A stretch of 64,000 nucleotides of DNA from Spizellomyces punctatus DAOM BR117. Its lineage: Eukaryota. Within the stretch, counting starts at the first letter, position 1. Each line of letters starts with the position of its first letter. Positions 1 through 11,234 of this stretch are shown piece after piece. The stretch lies in assembly GCA_000182565.2 (NCBI GenBank), contig KQ257453.1; one strand, given 5' to 3'. The notes beneath the pieces are model-generated. The model did not search any database and had not been told where the DNA came from. It saw only the letters and a program-made list of their open reading frames with translations. The position numbers and the translations under genes were made by a program.

Positions 1-80
1 GCAGCGATCAGAACATTGCCTTCCCTTAGCCTGTAACGACCTCAGTTTGCTCGAATAGCACCTTCCATTGTCCTCCATAG

Positions 81-856
81 CCAATATGTGGGGCTACAAT
101 ATCACTCTTCCGTTTGTGGGAGACATTGGCCTTCCTTATATCGAAACCCGGCCAGCTTATTACAAGGTACTCTTGTTAATTCTCGGCAAACTACCTTCCT
201 TCCCGGAAGAGGTGCGCATCGATACGAATCATTTCTGGTACAACTGGACTCTCATTTGTCTGTTTGTCTGCGCTCGGAACGGCCGCTGGTTGCCAAGGCA
301 GAGCAACTCACACTCGCGAGTACCTGAAATCTTGTTCCTTGCCAAGCTGGCGACGTACACGATGTACTACGTTTCCGAACTTTCATTGACCAACATGTGG
401 CACGGGAATTTTCACATGGCAATTCACCATGTGATGGCCCTGTTACTGTTTGCAACTTTCCTCGGCGACGGTCGACAGATCTGCGTAACGGCCATGGTTC
501 CCTTTCTGATCCATGAAGAACTCTCCCGCTCTGAGGAAAGACGATTGGACCTGCTGGTTTGGTATAATGTCTCCATGTACACTGTGGGGCTCGTGGGGCA
601 TGTCATCAATAGACGGGGAATGTTCTCGTGCACGGCGCTACCTAGTCTGTGTGTGATGATTGCTTTATGGAACGTGTTCGCGAGCTGCAGAAAGGGAGAG
701 CGGGGGCTGGATGTCTTTTGTACTTCAGGATGGGGAACGATGGTTGATGGACCGTTTGCCACGGCCGCCAGTTGGGGTTTATTGTGGTGGGTTTTGCGTG
801 AGTGGTTGTCCAGGAAAGTAGCAGGTCTGGGATGGGAAGTCCCTAAGAAATGCTAG
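81..856 (+). CDS. Multi-pass membrane protein, possibly TLC (TRAM/LAG1/CLN8)-like; probably the last exon of a gene starting upstream of the window
   Basis: About 260-aa open frame with several hydrophobic segments and a 'YYVSEL...MAIHHVMALLLF' motif resembling the TLC HH motif. An acceptor-like 'tcctccatag' ends at 80. Confidence 0.45.
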
Positions 857-2122
857 TTTATTGAGATATGGTTGTACGGTTGCTGCAAATAAGAACTATG
901 TCACAGAAAGGGCGAATTTAATGATAATGTAAAAGTAGTCGCTATAAGTACAGTAGCTTCCGCAAAATGGATGACAACTGGTCGACTGCTGGCCCGTATG
1001 GTATGAAAAACCATATTATTTTACGTACACGGATTCCGAGCTTTGATTTCTCCTTCGGAAGTTCAACGGAGAGATTCTGGAAGGTCCGATATTGGACTCT
1101 AACATGGATCCACAGGGCGCTTTTGATAAGGCACGTAAATGATACAGCGATGAACATTCTCGCCGCAACGGCATGGAAGAGATATGGGGAATCACAATTT
1201 TGTATCGCAAAAATAAACGGTTAATCGGTTTGTATCAGGATCATGTGAACCTATATGGGGTTGATACTTGGAACGAGCTTCATGGTATACGAGTTAACGG
1301 CTAAGTTACGAGTACTTTCGAAAGTTCAAGAAATCTCTCGCGTACTATCCTTATGAGGAATTAATGTTGGCATGCACCGGTGTAAAACTACAATGTATCT
1401 CGCTTAGATAGCATGGAAAACGATGGGAAGAAATCGAAGTAGACCAGAATAGCTCAGAGTATAAATAGGCTAGTGGTTAATATAATCGAGAGAATAAAGA
1501 ATAATGAATTGCATTAGTCTATTTGTGCTTCTAGCCGAATATACTTTGCTTTATACATCGATCCTAGGGTAAACTCTGGATAAGAGGTCATTCGAGTATG
1601 AGCTCATAATAGTCCTGTAGTATAGTGAAGTAACAGCCTCCATATTGCAAACGAGTCGGAACCGACCAAGGAAACGCCTTTATACGTTCGCACTTAAGGT
1701 GGCTATCATGTTTAGTGGGTCTTAAGCATGGGTGTATATCGCCTTTGCCGTATTCCCATCCTATACATGCCTGTACAAATGTGCCAACTGCAACGTTGTG
1801 GAGGATCATGTGAGTGTTTGTGAAAGTCAAGTTATTGGTTTTTGCCTACAACTAGACTTGTTGCACTGAGAGGTGGATAGGTCTGTTAGAAGCTATGCCA
1901 TCGCTAGAGAACGTCTCTGGGGACCTTGCATCAAGAGAATAGCAAAAGAGTTATATTATAGAAGGAAACATGTGGGTCCCAAATATAGTACAGATCACAC
2001 AATGACAACCTGACTTTGACCTCTAATTTTGGCCCTAACCCTTCAGCGGAATGGTAACGTAATTTATCATTTACTCCATGACAGCGCTGAAACCCTAACC
2101 CGTATTCTGGTAACAAAACTAG

Positions 2123-4528
2123 ATCTTTCCTGGATTTGCCATGATTCTCGGCCTTACTATCGCTCCGTTGATGACCCCCAGTCCTGATCAAGAAGATCAA
2201 ATCAATTTGTGGATTATGTTTATGGGTGTGTTATTTCGTATTAATCAGTTAATTGAAGTGCCCCGCCTGACAATGATTTCTAAATACCCTGCCCGCTCGT
2301 TCAGCTGGTTTGGCAGTGGGGGCCTTCTTTTTCAAGTGGGGACTCACTTGGGCATACGGATTGGCTAATGCGAGACTCACCAGTCGCCTGCGGCTGGCAA
2401 CACTTGGCAGTCTTTTACAGCAAGAAATTGGTTTTTTTGACTCGAAGTCGAATTCCGTTGGAGTCCTGATTACCAAGCTCGCCCTAGTTGAGGGAGTACC
2501 TCACTTGGTTACGGACATTCGGAAGGAGTTATCGCGCAATGGATTGTGAGTTTACTCAGCTTGTAGTGGAAAGCCGACATTCGTGTGCAGTGTTTGATCG
2601 ACTGTCCTTTTGCATTTCAGCACGGTGGTGTTTGGCATCGCTCCATCGTTCGCTTCTCAGTGGTCATGACTGTGGTATGGTTATACAACTCCATCTCCGT
2701 GTTATTGTACAGTGGCTCATATAAGACCTTCGCAGATCATGCTCGGTTTGGCACCCTTCATATTTCTTGCATCCTTCTGGCAGAGTTATTCCCTTTCCAG
2801 ATACGTCGACGCAAGTAAGGAAGCTATTGAGCAATCAACACAGATTGCCATTGAGTCTATTCGGGAAGTGAAGACCCTGAAAGATCTCCGCGGGAGGAGT
2901 TGCCCGTAAGGCGTTATGAAGGTATTGCAACGATTGTACATTTACCCAGCAGCAATAACTTATCCAACACTGAACCACATGATTGGTGAAATGTTGCAGC
3001 ATTCTTGAAAAGACCATTTGCTCTCAGTAAGAGAAACGCATTCATAGACAGTATCCCATATGCATTCCAGAACGCGGCCACTACCCTCACTGTCTGTGGT
3101 GGTCTTTCTGCGGGGGCCATGTTGATGGAAAAGGGGACCGTGACATTAGCGAACATGCTTACTGCAATCATGGGCATGTTAATGTCGACGATCTCGATCG
3201 CGGATTCTGCCGGGCTTGCTACGTCGTTTGCCAAAGGAAAATTTGCCGCCCTTTCGGTAAGAAATCTGCGGCAGTCCTCCGCACTCCTCACGAAATCCTT
3301 GTACATGTCTTCAGGTCGTCGCTGACGAATAGAAACCTCGTTTCATGTTAGACTTTTGCTCTCCTGGATCGCAAAACACTCATTGATGCGGATCATCCGG
3401 GAATTGCGTCTCGTGACTTTGAACCTAGCGTCAAATTGTCGAACGTCATATTCGCGTATCCCACCTCACCAGATCTTATCTTCGACGGCCGGTTCAATTT
3501 ACAGTGGGCACCGTACAAGTCCTTGGCGCTGGTAGTGTTGTTCAATTGACTTTTCGCTCCAGAGGCGGGGTCTTAAAAACGCTATTTCATCTGACACGGG
3601 CAGGTCGGACCCTCCGGTTGCGGCAAGTCCTCCGTTTTGGGTCTTCTGCAACGTTGGTACGATGTCAACGCAGGCGAAGCACGAATCGGAGATATCCCTA
3701 TCAAGCAATACCATCTCCGAAACGGGCTGCGTTCTCATATGGCTCTGGTGGGACAGGAGCCAATTCTATTTGACCTGTCCATCATGGAAAACATTGCTTG
3801 GGGCGCCGAGCATGGGGCATCCATGAAGGAGGAGATTGTTGAAGCAGCGAAAATGGCTAATGCTGATGTTTTCATCCGCGACCTTCCTGAAGGTATTGGC
3901 AACCGGACCGCTTGTCCCCATAAAGATAGAGCATTTCCAATAAATCATTTGACCCATAGGATATGACACTCGTGTGGGTCTGAAGGGAGGCCAGCTTTCA
4001 GGAGGTAATGTCATGGCGATTATCCTTGACGCATATTCTAAGTTGATCTAATGCTCTCTGGCTGCTTTCGGTTTCGTCGTCTATTTTATATAGGCCAGAA
4101 ACAGGTAAACCCTTCCTCCTGGCTTGTCTTCCGATCATGATGGTATTGCTGTACTTCTCCCGCTGTTCTTTTCAGAGAATCGCCATCGCTAGAGCGCTGA
4201 TCCGGCGACCGAAAATGCTCCTGTTGAACGAGGCGACCAGTGCGCTCGATTCAGCATAGTGAGCAAGAAGTCCAGAAAGCCATTGAAAATGCTTCCAGTG
4301 GAAGGACAACCATCACCATTGCTCACAGGTATGAGGATTGAATTTGCTCACCTCACATTGATGGAAAGCTTCTTTGTTGAGTCGAGCAATCCCAGACTCT
4401 CTTCCATCAGAAACGTTGATTGCATTGCGGTGGTCAATGAAGGACAAGTCGTCGAACTCGGACGACATGATGAGTTGATAAAGACCAATGGGCTTTACGC
4501 GTCGATATGCCGGCAGCAAGATATTTGA
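2123..4528 (+). pseudogene. ABCB1/MDR-type ABC transporter pseudogene (C-terminal TMD2-NBD2 half only)
   Basis: Spliced pieces read QQEIGFFD, IAIESIREVKT, Walker A GPSGCGKS (~3607-3630), ALVGQEPILF, signature [16 protein letters not shown], Walker [12 protein letters not shown] and TIAH/RLSSI. Frameshifts occur near 2665, 2890 and 4257, and the Walker B Asp is changed to Asn. No N-terminal half is visible. Confidence 0.85.
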
Positions 4529-5402
4529 TAACCGCCATAGAACAATGGGCCACCGAATTGTTCGTTCCTGACCGTCTCAAACACTTCTTCGCGCGATACA
4601 TCCTGGAAAACTCGAATAGCGTAACTTTGTCGTCTCGCGTACCGGATGAGCAACATCTTCGGCTGCTTCGCTTTTTCTTTGTTCAGTATATCATGCGTGC
4701 ATTCATCATAATGACTTGGAACAACGTAGATAGGCCAAAAATATATTCGAGAGCTGCACAATCCACTTGACAGAAAGGCATGCGATTGTCCTGCAGCCAG
4801 GATTAAGCGTTCAATGTAACGTCAACACACCGCGCCACTTTCACTGCTGAACTTGGCTAGCAAACTTCTGCGACCAAACTCTCCTGAACTTCCATTGCCG
4901 CGCACCATTGGACACTCACTTTCCTGTCCATAGTGCCGACTGAAAATAACTTCACATTTTAGTCTTAAGAGGAAGCCTAGCTCGAGCTTCATAGAATCTC
5001 CTCATTAAGATGTCTGTTACGATATACGGGACGAATCAGTACAGTGTCCCGTTGTAGTCTGATTTCTCACACAGCTATGTGTTGGACTATTTTCGCCCGC
5101 AAAGTCCGAGGGTTAAACAGTCGTCAAGTACGTTGTTGTCCGCACATTTTAGTATAAATGCCGTTCAGTCTCACAAGCTGTTGATGCATGCCTTGGGGTT
5201 CTATTTTGCTGTACCTGGTTGAGTGTTCAGTCAAACCATGCTGTTGATTTGGAGTACCGACTTATTTTGAAAAACTACCTGTCGCCAGTGGAGATGCTCT
5301 AACCCTAAGGCTTAGCCCAACCGTAGCCACACTAAGCCCATTCGTGGCTCGTCACATCTTTAAATTCTCTCTGCCTTTTGCCTCCATTACAGGCTGTCAC
5401 CG

Positions 5403-6303
5403 ATGAGAAGTAAGTGGGTAGTAAATAGCAGCCGCGAAAGGGTTAATATCTGCAGTTCAGATAAAGGCGCAGATGGACACTGAAGACATTTCCAATCCCG
5501 ATGAGGATGGATGGTCCAGCGCAGCTTCAAGTGAATCGGATCCGACCTACGTTCCTCCTTGGTATGGGGAGGAAGCTGATGACTACGAGAGTGGCGACTC
5601 TTCCGACTCTCATTCTGATTCTTTCTACGAACGGGAGGCACAAGAAGTAGAAGAAGCGGCTATGAATGAAGAAGCTGATGCGGAAGCAAAAAAACGTTAT
5701 CGACATCTACGACGATATCTAGAGACGAAAGTCGCTAACCCTCAATTTGACGAGAATCCATACATACCGAGCGACAGCGAAGCGAGTACGTGCACTGATA
5801 TGGAGTATCAAGCCTCCTGGCTTGAGAGACTCTATCTACCAGATATGGTGGACGACATGGACATCAGCGCTGATGACAACGTAGCTGGTTCCTCCTCGTC
5901 TGCTGCTGGGAATCAGAACAGCGAAGAAAATCCCGCCATAAGAGAAGATGCTGACGAATACGTGAGTAGTGATGGGCTGGAAGGGCTATATTCAGAACAT
6001 CTCGCCATAAGGCAGATGCGTTTTGAGCAATGCCGTACAGATTTTTGCTTGGATCGCGATGGAATCAAGCAGCTTGTCCGGGAGGCTGCGGCATTGGTGC
6101 TATCTAATACCAAGTTCACCAGAAAAGCGATTGATGCCTTGCAAACCGCGGCCGAAGATTTTCTTGTGCAAAGATTCAAGCTTGCTTACAGGCTGGCTTT
6201 GAGCAATTATAGCGCTTCTGCTGACAATGAAAAGCAAGTGAAGCTAACTGTGAAGAATTTCTGGGTGGCGTGTGCAATTATGGAGGGACGAGATTACCCG
6301 TAG
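5403..6303 (+). CDS. Divergent histone H3-fold protein with long acidic N-terminus
   Basis: The C-terminal ~95 aa (AIRQMRFEQCRTDFCLDRDGIKQLVREAA..TKFTRKAIDALQTAAEDFLVQRF..KQVKLTVKNFWVACAI) align with H3 ([68 protein letters not shown]). A micro-exon 5403-5409 and intron 5410-5455 (GTAAGT..CTGCAG) splice in frame to ORF 5473-6303. Confidence 0.75.
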
Positions 6304-8017
6304 CTGGTACAGCACTGTAATGTACTGCAGCGATAGATAGAGATTGGTGCATCTGAACTGCTTACATGAGGACTTTGGTGTGGCTTTTTTGGCGATCCGC
6401 ACAAGTTGCCGTCTTTTATACGATGGACGCAGGCAAACCTGGTGCCTTGTGAATGGGAATTACACATAGCCAATATGGGTGCGTCTATAGTGTCGTCATC
6501 TAACCATGCAGTTGCTAAATGCCAGTCTGCCCACCCTGGTAACAGCTACTTTAAGATCTTCAGCAATTTTTCTCTGAGATTGCATACGAAACATTTGGAC
6601 ATTGCAAACTAAGGAATTTTCGGGTGTAGAAGCCATTTCTGGTGATGAAAGTAAGCATAACCCGAACCTGTGAGAGGGGTGCATACTTATGTCGGGCATT
6701 GAGCTGTGTACCACCATGTTTTCAAAAAATACTGCCATAGTTGCAATGATTGTAGACAAGGCTAAACGACTGCTATGCTTGAACGGTAAATAGGTCGTAT
6801 AACTAGACGAGTCCAATTAACTCCCTTATTGCATATGCCACACTCTGCAAAGATTCTGTTCACGCATATGATGGGCAACATGCGGATATCCTGCAATCCA
6901 AAGTCAGCCTTTCCTTGTCTCGAAATCGGCAGTTCGCTGATCAGTAAGCATCGACATCGTGCTGGTAAAATACATCATGACAATGGGCTCATGTCATCCA
7001 TAGCGTAAAATATAACTTTACAAGTGAAGAGTGGGAAGCCAAAGTGTAGTGCAATGTTTATGGTAAAGTCATGCATGGATACCAGTACAAACGAACATCA
7101 AGTTTATTTCAGGCAAAGAATCAAAGAGCGTCGGACTACACTACGTTACCCTATGAACGACGACTCTCCCTCATTAATTGCGCATACGTTGTCTTGCACC
7201 CTGTAACACGACTAGCCACAATCGCCTTAACGCAACGCTCCTTGCCAACGTCACGGCAGTTGAGATGGTCGAAACGGTGCTGGCGAGAGCGGTTAACGGA
7301 GGATGAGCAAGCGTATAGGTTGTTGGGATGGTCACTTCCGCCATTTTTGCGGGAGATGATGTGGCATCTGCAAGTATCGAAACGTATAAGCTGCTACTGA
7401 ATAGAGGGGAAGGCTTGAAGAATAGCCATTCACGTACTTATCCTGCCCAGCTCGAACGACCAATTTCCCAGTACGGCCGTCACTCCCGCGACAACAACCG
7501 ATGGTCTTGGCGACTTTGGTCACGACCCGTTGGTTGCTGCGTACCGTTTTACGAATCCCACAATCTACGTAGTATTGGCTACCATCCGCACGCTCGTATG
7601 TCTTCAATTGACGATTGGTGTATTTTTGGCGTTTGCACATGTTGGGTAGTTTGCGTGAGAGTGAATCTTTTAGAAGGGGTGCTTTTATAGGAATTGTGCG
7701 CACATTAGAGATTTCTGCGATCCATGTTTGGCTGACATGCTGGGATGCGAGATGGTATGAAATGATAAAAAAAATTGAATTAGTGCTACTATGCTGAATC
7801 GCTGTCGCTGATTTTCATCGACAGGATATCTTCGGATATCCAAGATATCTTGGACCTTCGGACGCGTCACACAAGCAACTACTAGTGGGTGGGATATCTA
7901 AATGAAAAAAGGAAAACAAATCTATGCTTGCAGCCAGCCCCGATGTAGGCACCCACGGAGTATAAATAACCCATCGCTTTTCTTCGCCACCTCAACTCTC
8001 CAGCACCCAAATTCAAT

Positions 8018-8506
8018 ATGGCTCCCCTCTCCCGTAAAAAAGATCTTTGCAACAAGTTCCTCGACAGCGAACTTCGACGTGCCGCCCGCAGATACGGTAT
8101 CTCCGTAACCGACCGACTCAAAGACGAAGTCGCCTTAGCTCTCTCCCGAGCGCATATCAGCGACGCTCAAATCCGACGAGCCAATTCTACATATGCCGTG
8201 GTCGAGAGATCAGGACGCGCGGCAATCATGCCCTACCGTCCCAATTCCCATCGTGCACACTTCTCCGGTGGCCAACACACTCTCACTTTCGGTGGCAATG
8301 GGGATGTTTACGCCAGCACGTATGCTCGTATCGGTCCCAACCATCGTCGATTGATCAGAGATGAATTCGATTCGTATGATGCTGCGTTTAATGCAGTTCA
8401 GAGTGAGACTGCGCGGGTTCACGGGACTTGGCGGCACTTTCCCGTGATTTTTTCGCGAGTGGAAGGGTTGAGTCGGGTGCACGTAGAGCGCAATTGGGGT
8501 GGTTGA
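8018..8506 (+). CDS. Hypothetical basic protein (162 aa)
   Basis: Intact ATG-initiated ORF with TATAAATA at ~7961. The N-terminus resembles a HeH/Rho-N-like helical nucleic-acid-binding module. Confidence 0.55.
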   Translation: MAPLSRKKDLCNKFLDSELRRAARRYGISVTDRLKDEVALALSRAHISDAQIRRANSTYAVVERSGRAAIMPYRPNSHRAHFSGGQHTLTFGGNGDVYASTYARIGPNHRRLIRDEFDSYDAAFNAVQSETARVHGTWRHFPVIFSRVEGLSRVHVERNWGG

Positions 8507-8718
8507 ATTCCTTTTGGGGGGCGAATAGTGGTAGGAGTGGCAGTGGTAGTCGAATTGAAGAGCTTACGGATGATTGAGACGGATCATCATTAGAACGACC
8601 TGGTGGTTCATGGGGTACTGCCAATGTCTCTTTTGCTCACGATAGTTAAATACATCTGTTTTTTCCTATATTGGGTGTTACTCAGCTCAGTTATACTGTT
8701 GGTCATCAGGCAGTCGGA

Positions 8719-10301
8719 ATGAGCGGTAACCCAGCAGCCCCCGCCACATCTAAAAATAGCATGGAGCGGGCAGCCTGTTTCATTCGAAGCTCCATTTTTT
8801 CAACGGCTGACAACTTGGTTTGCTCTCAACTTACTCTTTACTTCTTTCAATTCTTAGCTTGGTACGATGGTAATCATGCCAGACGATGACGAGCTTAGTA
8901 CGATTTTAATGATGCCTGACGATGACGAGGTGCAGAAAGAAGTCTTTGCGGGGACTTTGTTTAAAGAAAGACTCGGAATTTTTCTTGGGGTTAGAAAAAG
9001 AGGATGGAGGCCGGAGAATAATAACAAGGTTGACTGTGAGTGCCATTCGTGCATGAAATGCCCACATTGCGGTCACGAGGACAAGGTGCCTGTGAAGTGT
9101 TTTGCGAAACTGAATAGATATTCATATATGCTCTTCTTTATGTACAGTGGTTTTTGCCAACGCCAACGAATGAGCCTGTGGGGTCCTGTCCGAGAGACCT
9201 GAAGACGCCCAAATTGAAAGATTTAGACTCCCACGTCGGGTGTTCAGAACATGGGAAGACGCCAAAGAGTACGAATTCTGCATGGCGCGGTGCGTCAAAG
9301 GAGAGTACATCTGTGGATACATACAGCGGAACCGAAACAAAAGCATGAATGTGAAGGAGCTAATGAATCACATACGATCGCATCATGGGCTCTACGAAAG
9401 TGTCGCTGCCGAGTTCCCTCATCTGAAGCCGAATGGGACAGGTTGGTTGTCGCCCGCGAGACTCAAATTTTGATGTATACTCACGCGATTCCTCAGCTGC
9501 TGATGTCAGTCAGCAATCCACCGAGGAAACCAACAACCATGACACACTGTCAACCGAAGAATCACCGCCTGGCAGGAACAATGCTTCACAGAGTCGCACC
9601 AGGACACCAAGCACAAGAAGCTCAGAAGGTATGTAGCCGTAGCCTTTCGCTTCCCAATCGACCCAAACGATTCAACCATACCAATACGGTCAATCTCTAA
9701 CCCAGGCAGCAGCAGCTCACACCCCACGACGCCACCACGACGAACACAAGCGTCTCGAAGCTCCAGCACTTCCACCACTGGCATCACCACCATTCCTACA
9801 CCGCCACCATCCAGCGAAAAAACTGCCATGACAAGGCGAGCGAACGGTCAATCCCCCCGGGCAAGCTCGGAACCTCTACCAAGCAGTCCCGCTTCATTGG
9901 AGACCTCAACAACAGCTCAGCTCCGGTCGCGACGCAAGGACCGCAATACAGGATCAACCATCACCAAGCCTGATAGCTCAACAGCGGAAGAGAGTACTGA
10001 GACACCAGGTGATAAACAGGCTAGGAGGAATGGCATGGGGTTGAACCTCAACAAAAAAGGCAAAGAGTCTGTTAGTCCAAAAAATCTAGCAAGCGCTTCA
10101 AATGCGAACATCCAGCAAACAACAAACGATGCCGGCACCCAACCTTCCACAAATCAACCTGAGTCATCCTTACTTACGCAAATAACAGACCTTGAGGCAA
10201 AGCTATCTGAGCTAAGCGTGGAGTTTTCCGATAAATTCCACGCGCTACAAACTGAGATTGAGCGTTTGAAGAGTTCGCACCGCCATGCTATGCGTCCGTA
10301 A
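8719..10301 (+). pseudogene. Multi-exon gene or pseudogene: BED/C2H2-like Zn finger, S/T-rich disordered region, C-terminal coiled coil
   Basis: Inferred introns at ~8818-8857, 9036-9147, ~9442-9496 and ~9629-9705 join the frames. The finger-like motif is ARCVKGEYICG..ELMNHIRSHH. This model has an in-frame TGA at 9171-9173. Confidence 0.45.
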
Positions 10302-10317
10302 TGTTAACATTGAAGAA

Positions 10318-10508
10318 GATCAGACGTGATGAGGCAGTGTGCAGATATCTATTAGCTCATCGCATGAGCCGTTCTTTGTCAAGTGTATCTATACGCCTTA
10401 TAGTACAGTTGCTGATCAGACGTGATGATCAGTGTGCAGATATCTATTAGGTCACCGCATGAGACGTTCTTTGTCAAATGTATCTATACGTCTTATAGTA
10501 CAGTTGCT
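10318..10508. repeat. Tandem duplication, 2 x ~96 bp
   Basis: gatcagacgtgatga...tatagtacagttgct occurs at 10318-10413 and 10414-10508 with few mismatches. Confidence 0.9.
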
Positions 10509-10547
10509 GAATCAGAAGAGAAAGCAGTTCTTTGTTTACAATTATGA

Positions 10548-10638
10548 TGCCTTGTCGAATGCACACAGAAACCATGAGTACCTTGCCAAGTCTCGTGTTT
10601 ATGGTAGATTAACTTGCCTGAGCCATGGTGGAAACATT
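10548..10638 (+). repeat. Diverged copy of 11480-11570 (exon end plus intron start of the downstream methyltransferase-like gene)
   Basis: tgccttgtcgaatgc(a/g)cacagaaacca..gccaagtct..tttatggtagat..tgcctgagccatgg..gaaacatt is present at both positions. Confidence 0.9.
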
Positions 10639-11234
10639 TCTATAATAATTCCCTTCGGGTGTAGAAGCCATTTGTGGTATCAAAAAAAAAAAAAAAAAAA
10701 AAACCATAACCCGAACTTATGAGAGGGCGGTATACTTATGCGACATCTTGTCACCGTGAACCACCACTCGTTCACAGTCTCGATCCTTTTGGCGCTATTT
10801 TTCATTGACGGACCTTCGTGCATCAGCACTTCCGCGACAAACGACACAGGGTCAATACACCATGACATTTCCGATGAAATCAAAGAATGAATTCCAATAC
10901 AATCTGTTCAGACATAAAATGGCTGCGGCAGAAAGTTGCCACCTATAGCATAATAAAAAGAACCATAAAATCTAGCCCTTACATTAAGACTATTTGTCTA
11001 TATGTGTTTACATCCGTGTGCATTTGGGGCGTACGTGCGTGTGTGTGTTTGTAGCACAGAGGAAAGAAGCGTGGATTGCAATCTCCACAATCTCGCATGT
11101 ACAAAAGAGGGCAGAGTGCGAGCGTACTCATGAAAGGAGAGCAAAGGCGAATATAGAATGGTACTGTTCACCAAGGACGTACACGACACAGAAATCACTT
11201 GTGCTGTGCGTTGCTGAAAGCGATCAGGAATACG

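Noticed and set aside
7024-7870. Overlapping short ORFs between the H3-like gene and the 8018 ORF
   Set aside because: No consistent frame, splice model or recognisable motif.
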